64,000 nucleotides of DNA from Acidobacteriota bacterium (lineage in GTDB: Bacteria > Acidobacteriota > Blastocatellia > RBC074), in the NCBI GenBank assembly GCA_031423495.1, contig JANPFP010000001.1:32030-96029 (forward strand). The letters are read 5' to 3'. A program made the translations under genes and the position numbers. Under the pieces are notes generated by a model. It searched no databases. It saw nothing but the letters and a program-made list of their open reading frames with translations, and was not told where the DNA came from. The first letter of the stretch is position 1; each line of letters starts with the position of its first letter. This document shows, one piece after another, positions 20,542 to 31,242 of this stretch.

Positions 20542-20763
20542 ATGAAAACGCTCAAAGTGCAACTCACTCAACAAGACGATAACGGCACAGTGGTCGTCAA
20601 AACTCTGACGGGCGATGACGCCGAGCAGTGGCAGAAATGGGTGGATAGCGTTTGCCTACTGGCCTGGAATCACCGGCAAAACCCTGACTGGAGCCGCCTG
20701 CATTGGGAAGTGCGCAAACTCGAAAGCCCGAAGCCGCCGCGCGATCACGAAAGCATTGCCTGA
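20542..20763 (+). CDS. hypothetical small protein (73 aa)
   Basis: RBS gaggtgg; overlaps the upstream gene end. Confidence 0.4.
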   Translation: MKTLKVQLTQQDDNGTVVVKTLTGDDAEQWQKWVDSVCLLAWNHRQNPDWSRLHWEVRKLESPKPPRDHESIA

Positions 20764-20907
20764 GTTCATCATCAAACACGCCTTGTCTCATCCTTTCGCT
20801 CTCTCAGTCAGGCGCGCTACACTGAGCCACCGTTCAAGCAAACCATTCACGTGCAATCTTGCCAGATGACCTGACAGACGACTTGGCAGATATTTTCGCT
20901 GACCTGA

Positions 20908-22929
20908 TTGCCATCGCCCTCCCAAGCTGAGTTTGCCTGGCGCGTTCAATTCGTAACCCAATCTATACCGTCCCCGTCACAGACTTTGCTACTGATGAAA
21001 AACCCTACGCCCCAACCGCCGTCGCTCTCTGCGGCGGAACACCTCAGACAAGAGAATGAAGCGCGCCTGACCGGCCTTATCAATTCGGCCATGGACGCCA
21101 TCATCAGCGTGAACGAACAGCAACAAATCGTGCTGTTCAATCCCGCCGCTGAACAGATGTTTGGTTACGCGCAGGCCGAAATTATGGGCGAGCCACTGAC
21201 GCTGTTGATTCCCGCGCGCTTTCACGCCGGACACGAAAAGCACATTCAACGATTTGGTGAAACCGGAACAACCACGCGCGCGATGGGCGCGCTCAACGCA
21301 ATCAGCGGCGTGCGCAACAGCGGCGAAGAGTTCCCGATTGAGGCTTCGATCTCGCAAGTCGAAGCCAATGGACAAAAACTTTTCACCGTGATTTTGCGAG
21401 ACATCACGCGCCGCCAGCAGGCCGAAGCGCGTTTACGCGAACAAGCCGCGTTGCTCGATTACGCGCAGGAAGCCATTGCCACTTGCGATCTGAATGGGTG
21501 CGTGCGGTTTTGGAATCACGGAGCGGAACGGTTATACGGCTGGCAGTTTGCCGAGGTCGCGGGACGCAACCTCCGTGACGACCTTTATCGCGGCGAGTTC
21601 GCGGCTGCCGAGCAAGCGGCACGAACGCTGCATGAAAAAGGCGAATGGCGCGGCGAGTTGCGGCAGTTCACCAAAGACGGACGCGAACTAGTCGTCGAAA
21701 GCCATTGGGTGCTGGTGCGCGATGACGCCAGAGCGCCTCAACTCATTCTCATCATCAACAACGACATCACCGAAAAGAAACAGCTCGAAGCCCAATTCCT
21801 GCGCGCGCAACGCATGGAAAGCATCGGCACGCTGGCGGGCGGCATCGCGCACGATTTGAACAACATCCTCTCGCCGCTCTCGATGGGCTTGCAGATGATG
21901 CAGATGAAATACGCCGATGATTACGCGCAAAAGATGCTGGGCATGATGACGACGAACGTGCAGCGCGGCGCTGAGATGGTGAAACAGATTCTGCAATTCG
22001 CGCGCGGCGTAGGCGGCGAACGCATCGCGCTGCAACCCAAACACATCGTCAAGGAACTCATCAAAATGCTGGCCGAGACCTTGCCGAAATCTATCACGAT
22101 TAAACAGCAACTCACTGAAAACCCTGCGCTGGTGTTGGGCGATGCGACGCAGCTTCATCAAGTGTTGCTGAACCTGTGCGTCAACGCGCGCGACGCCATG
22201 CCGACGGGCGGTACGCTCACCATCAGTTTGGAAAACACCGAAATCAAAGCCAACTACATGCCGGTCGCGCCTGATGCGAAGCCTGGCCTGTACGTCGTGC
22301 TGAACGTCACCGACACAGGCGAAGGCATCGCGCCCGAACATCTCGAACGCATCTTCGATCCTTTCTTCACGACCAAAGCGCCGGGCAAAGGCACGGGGCT
22401 GGGACTCTCGACAGTCTTCGGCATCGTACGCGCGCACAACGGATTCATCACCGTCGAAAGCGCCATCGGTCGCGGCACGCAATTCAAGGTTCACCTGCCC
22501 GCGCATGTGTGCGAACCCGTTCAGCCTGCCGAAACTAAGCGCCACACGACGCCCGTCGGGCAAGGCGAATTGATTCTCGTCGTAGATGACGAGGCCGCCA
22601 TCCGCGAAATGAATCGCGCGGCGCTCGAGGCTTACGGTTATCGCGTGTTGACTGCCAGCGACGGTGCGACGGCCATTGCGCTTTACGCGCAACACCAAGC
22701 CGAGGTGCAACTCGTCCTCACGGACGTAATGATGCCGGTGATGGACGGCCTCACCATGATTCGCACCTTGCGTACCCTCAATCCTGATTTGCGCGTCATC
22801 TGTTGCAGCGGCACTTCAGGCGTCGGCCAAAACGAAGCACTCGCGCAACTCAACATCCAACGTATTCTGACCAAACCACTCAACGTCGAGATGCTGCTGC
22901 ATGCCGTGGCGCAAGCTCTCAATGACTGA
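20908..22929 (+). CDS. hybrid sensor histidine kinase / response regulator with PAS domains
   Basis: PAS repeats, H-box GGIAHDLNNILSPL, HATPase (DTGEGI, GTGLGL), C-terminal receiver (ILVVDDEAAIRE...LTDVMMPVMDG); true start may be the ATG at ~20995. Confidence 0.85.
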   Translation: MPSPSQAEFAWRVQFVTQSIPSPSQTLLLMKNPTPQPPSLSAAEHLRQENEARLTGLINSAMDAIISVNEQQQIVLFNPAAEQMFGYAQAEIMGEPLTLLIPARFHAGHEKHIQRFGETGTTTRAMGALNAISGVRNSGEEFPIEASISQVEANGQKLFTVILRDITRRQQAEARLREQAALLDYAQEAIATCDLNGCVRFWNHGAERLYGWQFAEVAGRNLRDDLYRGEFAAAEQAARTLHEKGEWRGELRQFTKDGRELVVESHWVLVRDDARAPQLILIINNDITEKKQLEAQFLRAQRMESIGTLAGGIAHDLNNILSPLSMGLQMMQMKYADDYAQKMLGMMTTNVQRGAEMVKQILQFARGVGGERIALQPKHIVKELIKMLAETLPKSITIKQQLTENPALVLGDATQLHQVLLNLCVNARDAMPTGGTLTISLENTEIKANYMPVAPDAKPGLYVVLNVTDTGEGIAPEHLERIFDPFFTTKAPGKGTGLGLSTVFGIVRAHNGFITVESAIGRGTQFKVHLPAHVCEPVQPAETKRHTTPVGQGELILVVDDEAAIREMNRAALEAYGYRVLTASDGATAIALYAQHQAEVQLVLTDVMMPVMDGLTMIRTLRTLNPDLRVICCSGTSGVGQNEALAQLNIQRILTKPLNVEMLLHAVAQALND

Positions 22930-22939
22930 AGCCCCTGCG

Positions 22940-23725
22940 CTACAACATCAGCGCCGCTGCGTTCGGACGGGACGAAGTGGCAAAGCGTTTTTTCGCCAGA
23001 CGAATCATCTCATCGCGGCTGCATTGCATGGCGCGATATTGCGGCAGCACGCCCGCCAGTTTCGTCGGCACAACGGCATCAGCCATTTCGACCAGAATGG
23101 TCAGCCGCCCTTGCGGATCACACGCGCGCAGGTTTTTCAGCGCCGCTTCCAGCAATTCGGGCGCGACGCTCAACAGCGCGAGATCGTATTGCTCATTGAT
23201 GACGTAATCCCATTCTTCAGGAAAAAGGATGCTGGTTAGCTCAACGTGCTGGGTGCTGAAAACCGCTTGCAGCGGCGGAATGCGCTCTGGCGTATCGCAC
23301 AGGATGAGTATGCGCGGCGGATGCGCTGTCGTTTTTTTCGTCGGTTGGCTCCATGGGCTGGTAGCTTGCTTGATGCGTTGCAAGGCTTGCTGCAATTCGG
23401 CAAGCACGAGCGGCTTGCGCAAGAAATCCAACGCGCCGCCGCGCAAGGCCGAGACAACGTTGTCGTAAATCGCCTCACCCGTCACCATCAAGATCGCCGC
23501 GTGCGGCAAACGCACTTTCAGCTTTCGCAACAATTCCAATCCCGAACCGTCGGGCAAGTTGACGTCGAGCAAGATGACTTCGGGTTGTTCTTCAACCGCC
23601 ACCGTTAAGGCTTGCGCACTGTCAGTGGCCTCAACTGTTTCATAACCCCAATCGGTCAACGCCTCACGCAACATCCAACGCTGCGCCGCTTCATCATCCA
23701 CTATCAGTACTTTGGTTTTTTCCAT
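22940..23725 (-). CDS. response regulator (receiver domain plus uncharacterised C-terminal domain)
   Basis: KVLIVDDEAAQRWML...ILLDVNLPDGSG...LMVTGE receiver motifs. Confidence 0.75.
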   Translation of the reverse strand: MEKTKVLIVDDEAAQRWMLREALTDWGYETVEATDSAQALTVAVEEQPEVILLDVNLPDGSGLELLRKLKVRLPHAAILMVTGEAIYDNVVSALRGGALDFLRKPLVLAELQQALQRIKQATSPWSQPTKKTTAHPPRILILCDTPERIPPLQAVFSTQHVELTSILFPEEWDYVINEQYDLALLSVAPELLEAALKNLRACDPQGRLTILVEMADAVVPTKLAGVLPQYRAMQCSRDEMIRLAKKRFATSSRPNAAALML

Positions 23726-23832
23726 ACGCCTCTCAACAAGCTGGGTCGTATTCCACACTTCGACCTATATTTCTGTCTTTGAGCAAAGCACAGCAAATCG
23801 CAGACCACAGCACGCGAACCGTCACACGTCCG

Positions 23833-23848
23833 AGGCACGTCAGTTGCC
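23833..23848 (+). promoter_or_regulatory. candidate sigma-54 promoter aGGCACGtcagTTGCc upstream of the P-type ATPase
   Basis: GGCACG-N4-TTGC; ~83 nt upstream of the ATG. Confidence 0.45.
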
Positions 23849-23929
23849 CTTGTACGTCAGGCAACGAAACGGGTGCGCAAAATCACGCACCGCAAATGAA
23901 AGCAGCGTAAAAATCTCCCCCATTGCCTA

Positions 23930-26455
23930 ATGACACAACTCGTGACCGATCAACTCGCCTTGCTAAACCACCACGGACTAACCGATGCGGAGGCCGCCGC
24001 GCGCTTGCGGCAATACGGCGCGAACACTTTGCCGGAGCCTGTGCCTGATACGTTGCGGCAACGGTTCGTGCGCCAGTTTCGCAATCCGTTGATGTACCTG
24101 CTCATCTTCGCTTTGCTGGTGGATGTCGTCATTTGGGCTATCGAAGGCGCTGACGGTTTGCCGGTGGGATTCACGGCCATCGGGCTGATTCTGTTGTTGA
24201 ATGCGGGGCTGGGCGTATATCAGGAAAACAAGTCAGAAGCCGCGCTGCAACAACTCAAGGCGCTGGCCGCTGCGCGCGTATGGGTATTGCGTGAAGGAAA
24301 GCTCGCGCATCTGTCGAGTGCCGAACTCGTACCCGGCGATGTAGCTCGTCTCGAAGCCGGTGATCGCATTCCGGCGGATGGCAATTTCATCGAAGCGCAA
24401 GGTGTGCTGCTCGATGAATCAACCATGACGGGCGAATCAGTGCCGCTCGACAAAGGCGTCAACGACGAAGCGTTCAGCGGCACGTTGCTGGTGCGCGGCA
24501 AGGGCTATCTTGAAATTACGCGCACCGGCACGGCTAGCGCGATGGGCAAGCTGGCTGAAATGATCGGCGGCATCACTGCCGAAAAGACGCCGCTCGAAAA
24601 ACGCATGGAAGTGTTCGGCTACCAAGTCGCGCGCGCGATTTTGGCGCTCGCCATCGTGATTGCCGTCGCGGGCGTATACGTCGAGGGCATTCATCGTCTC
24701 GGCCACGTATTGCTGTTCGCCGTCGCGCTCGCCGTCGCCGCCGTCCCCGAAGGCTTGCCCGCCGTGTTGACGCTCACGCTCTCGCTCGGCGTCGAACGCA
24801 TGGCGAAACGCAAAGCCGTCGTCCGTCGTTTGAGCGCGGTCGAAGCGCTTGGTTCCGTCACTGTCATCGCCACGGATAAGACCGGGACGCTCACCGAAAA
24901 CCGCATGTTCGTGAAAGACGTAGACACGTCCGACACCGCGCGAGCCTTGCGCGCAATGGCGCTGGCGAACGACGCCGAAATCACGACAGGCGCGGGCGAT
25001 CCGCTCGAACTTGCGCTGCTTGAATACGCGCAAACGCACGGCCTCGCGCTGGCTGAGTTGAATCAACACGCGCCGCGTTTGAGCCTGTTGCCTTTTGATA
25101 GCACGCACAAATACATGCGCGTCACCGTGCAGGAAAACGGTCAGTCGGTGAGTTATCTCAAAGGCGCACCCGAAGTGTTGATTGCGCGCAGCCAATTCAA
25201 CGAAGCCGAGCAACGCAACTGGGAAGAGAAAGCTGAAGCCTATGCGCGCGAAGGCTTTCGTGTGCTGGCGCTCGCGTGGCGCGCGGGCGAAGGCGACGAG
25301 CAACTCAACTGGCTGGGACTCGCGCTGTTGTGGGATCCGCCGCGCCCCGAAGTGCCCGCCGCGATTCGCCACGCGCAGGAAGCAGGCATTCGCGTCGTGA
25401 TGATCACCGGCGATCATCCGGCGACCGCGCTGTCAGTCGCCGCCGAAGTAGGCATTCCGCCCAGCCGCGTCTTGACCGGACTCGACCTCGCCGAATTGTC
25501 TGACGAAGAAATTCGCCGCGCCGTGAAAGAGACCAATGTCTTTGCGCGCGTCGCGCCCGAACACAAGCTGCGCCTCGTCGAAGCCTTGCAGGCCAATGGC
25601 GAAATCGTCGCGATGACCGGCGACGGCGTGAACGATGCGCCTGCCCTCAAACGCGCCGACATCGGCATCGCAATGGGGCTACGCGGCAGCGACGTAGCCC
25701 GCGAAGTCGCGCACCTCGTTTTGCTCGACGACAATTTCGCCACCATCGTCGCCGCCGTCGCCGAAGGGCGCGGCATTTATGAAAACATTCAGAAATTCAT
25801 TCGCTTTCTGTTCTCGACCAACTTCGCTGAAATTTTGATTGTGGTCTTGGGTGTCGCCGGTTCGTTCGCGTTGGGCTTGCGCGACAGCACGGGCGGCTTG
25901 CTGTTGCCGCTGACGGCGGTGCAATTGCTGTGGATCAACATTGTCGCCGACGGCCCGCCCGCACTCGCCCTCGGACTCGACCGCAGCGCGGGCGTAATGA
26001 ACGCGCCACCACGCCATCCGCAAGCGCCGCTGCTCGACCCGGTGTCGTTACGCTTCATCCTGCTCGCGGGCGGCTTGCTCGCGCTGGTGGGCGGAATGTT
26101 TTTAGTCGCGCTACCTCGTTACGGTTACAGCGAAACCGTCACGCGCACCATCGTGTTTCTTTACGTATCCATCGCCAAGCTGATTTTCGCTTATCCCGCG
26201 CGCCGCGTCGCCGCCGAACCGTCACACAACCTCGCCTTACACGTGACCATCGTGTTGAGCGTAGCGTTGCAATTGCTGACGGCTTACGTGCCCGCCTTGC
26301 GCACGCTGTTGGGATTGGAGCAACCCGACGGCTTGGCGATGGCGTGGCTCGGCGGTGCAGTCATACTGAGTTGGCTTGTCGCTGAATCGTTCAGCCGCCT
26401 GTTGCATTCAACGATGCATTCAACGACGCAAACGCGCGGGCAAAGAAATGCATGA
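23930..26455 (+). CDS. cation-transporting P-type ATPase (type II, Ca2+/Mg2+-like)
   Basis: DKTGTLT phosphorylation site, [22 protein letters not shown]-terminal cation ATPase domain, 841 aa. Confidence 0.9.
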   Translation: MTQLVTDQLALLNHHGLTDAEAAARLRQYGANTLPEPVPDTLRQRFVRQFRNPLMYLLIFALLVDVVIWAIEGADGLPVGFTAIGLILLLNAGLGVYQENKSEAALQQLKALAAARVWVLREGKLAHLSSAELVPGDVARLEAGDRIPADGNFIEAQGVLLDESTMTGESVPLDKGVNDEAFSGTLLVRGKGYLEITRTGTASAMGKLAEMIGGITAEKTPLEKRMEVFGYQVARAILALAIVIAVAGVYVEGIHRLGHVLLFAVALAVAAVPEGLPAVLTLTLSLGVERMAKRKAVVRRLSAVEALGSVTVIATDKTGTLTENRMFVKDVDTSDTARALRAMALANDAEITTGAGDPLELALLEYAQTHGLALAELNQHAPRLSLLPFDSTHKYMRVTVQENGQSVSYLKGAPEVLIARSQFNEAEQRNWEEKAEAYAREGFRVLALAWRAGEGDEQLNWLGLALLWDPPRPEVPAAIRHAQEAGIRVVMITGDHPATALSVAAEVGIPPSRVLTGLDLAELSDEEIRRAVKETNVFARVAPEHKLRLVEALQANGEIVAMTGDGVNDAPALKRADIGIAMGLRGSDVAREVAHLVLLDDNFATIVAAVAEGRGIYENIQKFIRFLFSTNFAEILIVVLGVAGSFALGLRDSTGGLLLPLTAVQLLWINIVADGPPALALGLDRSAGVMNAPPRHPQAPLLDPVSLRFILLAGGLLALVGGMFLVALPRYGYSETVTRTIVFLYVSIAKLIFAYPARRVAAEPSHNLALHVTIVLSVALQLLTAYVPALRTLLGLEQPDGLAMAWLGGAVILSWLVAESFSRLLHSTMHSTTQTRGQRNA

Positions 26456-26468
26456 AGTTTCCCAAATG

Positions 26469-26510
26469 AAAATAGGTGGGACAGGATACGATCCTGTCCC
26501 ACCTATTTTC
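26469..26510 (+). terminator. rho-independent terminator: perfect 19-bp stem aaaataggtgggacaggat / atcctgtcccacctatttt followed by a T-run
   Basis: read directly; lies 14 nt after the ATPase stop. Confidence 0.75.
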
Positions 26511-26526
26511 TGCGGAGGTTTTGTTT

Positions 26527-27558
26527 ATGTACGGCAATCTGACCAAACGGCTGTCAATGTTATTGATTGGGCTGTCTGCTTTTGCGCACGCGCAAACCGG
26601 CAGCCGCGAACCGCATACGTTTTTGCAAAAACATTTGGCGTTTACTGCCGCCGACCTCGCCGCGTTGGAACAAGGCCAGGTCATCGCTAAACAACCCAAA
26701 GCCAGCGAGACGCGCGAACTCGTCACCTTTGGCGCAGTCAAAGTGGCGACGGCGCGCGATAGTTTCGTCAGCCGCTTCCGCGACATCGTGAATTTCAAAC
26801 GCAGCGCAAACGTGCAGCAGATCGGCAAGTTTCAAGCGACGCCCGCAGTGAGCGACCTCAACGGATTCACTCTCGATGAAGACGATTACCGCGCGCTCAA
26901 GCAATGCAACGTCGCCGATTGCGACCTCAAGTTGCCCAAACATCAGATCGAACGCATGCGCCGCGAAATCAATTGGAACGCGCCCGATAGCCGCGCTCAG
27001 GCGTTGGCGCTGTTCAAACAGATGCTGGTTGATTACGTCGCGGCTTATCAACGCGGCGGCAACGCGGCGCTCGGCGAATATCACGATCAAAAACAACCGC
27101 TGCGGCTGGCCGATGAATTTCACGGCTTGTTGCAGCAAACGCCTTACCTCGTTGAATACGTGCCTGAGTTTCACCGCTACCTCGAACAGTATCCCAATCA
27201 GACGTTGCCGCAGGTCGAGAATTTCATCTATTGGTCGAAAGAAAAGTTCGGCCTCAAACCCGTGCTGACGCTCACGCACGTCACGATCTATCAACGACCG
27301 CACGGACTCTTTTCCGCACTGATCGCGTCCAAACAGATTTACGCCAGTCATTATTACGAAGCCTCGCTCGGCCTCACGGCGTTCGTACCGTCAGCGCAAA
27401 GCGCGTATCTGCTTTATCTCAACCGTTCGCGCGTAGACGCTCTGCGCGGCTGGCTCGGCGGCACCAAACGCTCGCTCATCACGCGCGAGTTGCGCAACGG
27501 CACTGAGAAGAACTTACAACTCATCAAGCAGCGGCTCGAATCTCCCGCCAGCCAGTGA
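26527..27558 (+). CDS. hypothetical secreted protein
   Basis: signal peptide MYGNLTKRLSMLLIGLSAFAHAQ; RBS ggagg. Confidence 0.5.
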   Translation: MYGNLTKRLSMLLIGLSAFAHAQTGSREPHTFLQKHLAFTAADLAALEQGQVIAKQPKASETRELVTFGAVKVATARDSFVSRFRDIVNFKRSANVQQIGKFQATPAVSDLNGFTLDEDDYRALKQCNVADCDLKLPKHQIERMRREINWNAPDSRAQALALFKQMLVDYVAAYQRGGNAALGEYHDQKQPLRLADEFHGLLQQTPYLVEYVPEFHRYLEQYPNQTLPQVENFIYWSKEKFGLKPVLTLTHVTIYQRPHGLFSALIASKQIYASHYYEASLGLTAFVPSAQSAYLLYLNRSRVDALRGWLGGTKRSLITRELRNGTEKNLQLIKQRLESPASQ

Positions 27559-27569
27559 GATCAACCACC

Positions 27570-28643
27570 ATGCCCAACCTACAAAGACAACGCTCGACCA
27601 TAATTTTTCTGACAATTGGAACCGCACTGGCGCTGACGCTGTGCGCATACATCGTCGCGCCTTTCTCACGTCCCATCGTCGCCGCCGCGCTGTTTGCGGT
27701 CGTCTTTCATCCCGTGCATCAGCGCGTCACGCGCATCGTAAGCAACGCCAGCGCCGCCGCGCTGCTCTCAACCATTCTCGTACTCCTCATCGTCACGCTG
27801 CCGCCGTTGCTGTTAAGCGTAGCCCTGCAACGCGAACTCTCTGACCTTTATCGCACGCTGCAAGCGCAAAGCGCGTCTGATGGAGGCATCTGGCAATGGA
27901 TCGCTCATCAACTCGAACGCGTTACACACTGGTCGCGCCAATTCGTCGCCTTCGCAGATTTCGACTTCCGCGCGCTCGTGCTCGAACGATTGCAACAATG
28001 GAGCAATGCCCTGCTCACGCGCGCTGCGCAATTCGTCGGCAACCTGACTTCGTTCATCGTCGAACTCGTCGTGGCCTTCTTCACGCTGTTCTTTCTTTTG
28101 CGTGACGGCGCAGAGCGCGTGCGCTGGCTGCTCGCGCGTGCCCCGCTGCGTGCCACGCAACTCGAACAGCTTTCTTCCGGCATCTATCGCACCATCATCG
28201 CCAGCGTATACGGCAGCCTCGCCGTCGCCCTCGCGCAAGGCACGTTGCTCGCACTCGCTTTCTGGACGCTCGGCCTTCCCTCGCCGCTCTTGTGGGGCGT
28301 CGTCACCGGACTGTTCTCATTGGTTCCGTTGGTAGGTTCCGCCGCCATCTGGCTGCCCGCCGCGCTGGTGTTGATCTTCACGGGTCACTGGATCAAAGGC
28401 CTGCTGCTGCTCGGGTGGGGCGCAGGTGTAGTCGGTTTAGCCGACAACGTAATCCGCCCGCTGGTGATTCACGAACAAGTTCAATTCAGCACGATCTATG
28501 TTTTCTTCGCGTTGCTCGGCGGCGTGCAAGCCTTCGGACTGCTCGGCCTCATCATCGGGCCGGTCGTGCTGGCGGTGACGCAAACCTTGATCAAATTACT
28601 GTGGGAAGAAAGCCGCGCACCAGATTCAACGCAAGCTGGTTGA
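27570..28643 (+). CDS. AI-2E family transporter (PerM/UPF0118)
   Basis: 8-TM layout and conserved C-terminal LVPLVGSAAIWLPAALVL..GLADNVIRPLV motif. Confidence 0.8.
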   Translation: MPNLQRQRSTIIFLTIGTALALTLCAYIVAPFSRPIVAAALFAVVFHPVHQRVTRIVSNASAAALLSTILVLLIVTLPPLLLSVALQRELSDLYRTLQAQSASDGGIWQWIAHQLERVTHWSRQFVAFADFDFRALVLERLQQWSNALLTRAAQFVGNLTSFIVELVVAFFTLFFLLRDGAERVRWLLARAPLRATQLEQLSSGIYRTIIASVYGSLAVALAQGTLLALAFWTLGLPSPLLWGVVTGLFSLVPLVGSAAIWLPAALVLIFTGHWIKGLLLLGWGAGVVGLADNVIRPLVIHEQVQFSTIYVFFALLGGVQAFGLLGLIIGPVVLAVTQTLIKLLWEESRAPDSTQAG

Positions 28644-28667
28644 CCAATCCTGGTTATGCACTGAACC

Positions 28668-29174
28668 TCAATAGTTCCGCCTATAAACGATGCCGGTGTG
28701 AGCTACATGAAAAGCAATGAAGCAACAAGCCAACATCTCGAAAAGCCACCACCGATAGGGCCAATTCCAGTAGAGCCTGCGACCAACCATGCCAAGGCCG
28801 ATCAACCAGATGAGTGGTGTATACGCCGGTGCGAGAAATCCAGCCCAACTCGTACTCCACGCGGATTGCGGAAAGAGCATAAGCGCACACCAAGCCATCA
28901 GGTATAAAATTGCCCCCACCACAAACAACTGCAAGCCTCGGCGTTGCATGTCCGTCGTCACTTCAAGCGGCATCAGGAATGGCAGGAGCAAAACAGCGAA
29001 GCGCAAGATGTTCTCGCCATATCCCACGAACGGCGGAATCTCCCGCCAAAACTCATCCGGTGCAAATGCGGGCGGCAAAAAGCTGGGGAAAACTAAGTTC
29101 CACACAAGTATCGGTACGATCAGCAAGCCACAACTCCAAAGATAGCGCCGCCAGCCTGAGTTACTGATAGCCAT
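28668..29174 (-). CDS. hypothetical membrane protein
   Basis: multiple TM helices; RBS ggaggt upstream of MAISNS start. Confidence 0.5.
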   Translation of the reverse strand: MAISNSGWRRYLWSCGLLIVPILVWNLVFPSFLPPAFAPDEFWREIPPFVGYGENILRFAVLLLPFLMPLEVTTDMQRRGLQLFVVGAILYLMAWCALMLFPQSAWSTSWAGFLAPAYTPLIWLIGLGMVGRRLYWNWPYRWWLFEMLACCFIAFHVAHTGIVYRRNY

Positions 29175-29323
29175 GTCATTAACCTCCAAGGGAACTGTCG
29201 TTAGATGAAGTTCCGGGTTCTGCCTCAAGCAATCCTTCGCCACTCTCAATCAATGTCTTGAACTGTTGAATGAATCGCCCAGCCGGAGCGCCATCCACCA
29301 GATCGTGATCGAAGCCGGCAGCC

Positions 29324-29695
29324 TTAGCGAGGCAATAACTTAGCGATTCCGCGCGCGGCCAGCAGCGCCAGCAATCCGCCTGCGGCAATCGCTGGGATCA
29401 CTGTGGCCCAGCCCCGAATTGGCTTGTAAAGCGCGCCACTGTCGCGAAGCTCAATGTACCCCACGGGCGTAATGCGCACGCCGCCGCCACCGCCGGAGCC
29501 TTGCTCGCCTTGTTGTGTTCCGCCGCCGCCTCCGAATCCGTATACGACTTTGGCAATGGGAATCACTGCGACGCTGCCGCGTTCTATCGGCGCACCGAAG
29601 ATGGTCGCGGCATTGGCGCTGCCGCCCAACTGTTGGGCCAGTCGGTTTAAAAAATTCTCTTGGGGTTGGTTTTCACTTCTTTTCTCTTCAAGCAT
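29324..29695 (-). CDS. GerW/YtfJ family protein
   Basis: VAVIPIAKVVYGFGGGGG...GGGGG...ITPVGYIE glycine-rich core typical of GerW/YtfJ; RBS ggaggt. Confidence 0.6.
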   Translation of the reverse strand: MLEEKRSENQPQENFLNRLAQQLGGSANAATIFGAPIERGSVAVIPIAKVVYGFGGGGGTQQGEQGSGGGGGVRITPVGYIELRDSGALYKPIRGWATVIPAIAAGGLLALLAARGIAKLLPR

Positions 29696-30125
29696 CTCTA
29701 CCTCCTTCCAAGGTTCCAGCACGCATTGTCGTCTCACGCAACTTCTTCGCGATGAATGGCGACAACCACAGCACAATCATTCCGAACGAGAGAAAGCCTC
29801 CGCGCGTGAGGTCGTAGTCCTGGATCATTCGCTCCCACGAATATCCGAACACGAACACCCCCAAGCCGAACTCGAAGGCCAGTGTGAGCGCCACCCACAA
29901 CAACCCCACCAACAACAATGCCTTTGTACTCTCTGCCCGAATCCAGCGGATAAAGGTATAAGCGACGACGAGGATGATCAGCATCCCTGTAAACACGGCG
30001 ATCTGCCGCGCGCGGAAATCGCCGACGTACGGTTTCAGCATCAACTCGCGCAACGTGCCGTGAATGGATTCCGAGACGATGATGAGTAACCAAACCGCCA
30101 ATGCTTTGAAAAAGATTGCTTTCAT
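29688..30125 (-). CDS. hypothetical membrane protein (operon partner of GerW-like gene)
   Basis: 4 predicted TM helices; RBS gaggaagg; 8-nt overlap with downstream gene. Confidence 0.5.
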   Translation of the reverse strand: MKAIFFKALAVWLLIIVSESIHGTLRELMLKPYVGDFRARQIAVFTGMLIILVVAYTFIRWIRAESTKALLLVGLLWVALTLAFEFGLGVFVFGYSWERMIQDYDLTRGGFLSFGMIVLWLSPFIAKKLRETTMRAGTLEGGRDA

Positions 30126-30246
30126 TCTTCCTTCCTCAATTTTGATTCTGCGCTTCACGGGGCAATCACTGTGCCTGCTGGATTGCGCAAGCGCGAAAGT
30201 GGGCAGGCGTGGTGCGGCTAAATGGCTCACTCGATTGCTTTCCCAA

Positions 30247-31173
30247 TCAGTGGGTTGAGGTTTGCAGTTCGGGCGTAAGCCACAGCCCGTGCCGCGCTTC
30301 ATCTTCTTCCACCAAAGCTGGTACGACCGCCGGTTTGCGCGGACGCGCGATCAAGACCGGACAAGGCGCTTGCCGCAACACGCGGTCTACATTGGAACCG
30401 AAGAGCGCACGCATGCCGAAGCCCGCGCCATGCGTACCCATGCAAATCAGATCAATCTTTTCTTCTTCGGCGTAAAGCAAAATTTCGCGGTAAGGCTTGC
30501 CCGCGCGCACGTTGTGTTTGACGCGGCTCCACCACTGCACATCGTCAGTAACAGCGCGGTGCAAGAGACCGGCGGCGCGTTCGACTTCGGTGTCAACGCC
30601 GGGCGGCGCGAGCACGTGCAAGGTGTGCAACTCAGCTTGAAACTGTTGCGCCAGCGAAGTCGCAAAGGTGAGCGCTACTTCGGCGTCGCTCGAAAAATCG
30701 TGCGCCAGCAAAATGCTTTCAAGGCCGACGTCGTTGCTGGTCAAGCCCGCCCATTCGCGTTCGCCGGGATGCGTGATGAGTACGGGACAAGGTGCGGTGC
30801 GACAGATGGCTTCGGCAGTCGAACCCAAGAGCGCCGCAGCGTGCGGACGGCGGCGCGAACGCATCACGATCAAGTCGGCGCGCTGTTCGGCGGCGGCACG
30901 CGCGATTTGAGTCGCGGCTTCGCCTTGCACGAGCAACGGCTGCCAATCAATCGCGTCAGGACAAGCCAGACAAACGTGTTCTGCCAACTCGTTGCGCAAC
31001 GTGGCCTGCATCACTGCCACTTGCGCGAACGCAGGCGCGGCGTTTGATTCGATGCAATGACAAACGGTGAGTTCGGCCTGATAAGCGCGCGTCAACGCGA
31101 CGGCATATCGCAAGGCCTGCGCTGATTCGGGTGAGATATCCACCGGACAAAAAATTCGTTTTAGTTCCAACAT
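30247..31173 (-). CDS. universal stress protein, tandem UspA domains
   Basis: paralog of 2660..3589 (shared strings ..RPHAAALLGSTAEAICRTAPCPVL.., LICMGTHGAGFGMRALFGSNVDRVLRQAPCPVLIARP). Confidence 0.85.
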   Translation of the reverse strand: MLELKRIFCPVDISPESAQALRYAVALTRAYQAELTVCHCIESNAAPAFAQVAVMQATLRNELAEHVCLACPDAIDWQPLLVQGEAATQIARAAAEQRADLIVMRSRRRPHAAALLGSTAEAICRTAPCPVLITHPGEREWAGLTSNDVGLESILLAHDFSSDAEVALTFATSLAQQFQAELHTLHVLAPPGVDTEVERAAGLLHRAVTDDVQWWSRVKHNVRAGKPYREILLYAEEEKIDLICMGTHGAGFGMRALFGSNVDRVLRQAPCPVLIARPRKPAVVPALVEEDEARHGLWLTPELQTSTH

Positions 31174-31224
31174 ACGCTCTTCCCCGCTGTCGAAATGCAC
31201 AGCGGCCTCCGTTCATCGCGCATG

Positions 31225-31242
31225 TTTGCAAGGTGTATGCCG
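31225..31242 (-). promoter_or_regulatory. candidate sigma-54 promoter tCGGCATacaccTTGCAaa (minus strand) upstream of USP 31173
   Basis: almost identical to the 2602 element (cGGCACacaccTTGCA). Confidence 0.5.

Noticed and set aside
20908-20995. Extended N-terminus of the hybrid histidine kinase (MPSPSQAEF...)
   Set aside because: No RBS before 20908, so the ATG at ~20995 (MKNPTPQ) may be the real start. The coordinates are kept per the ORF track but flagged.
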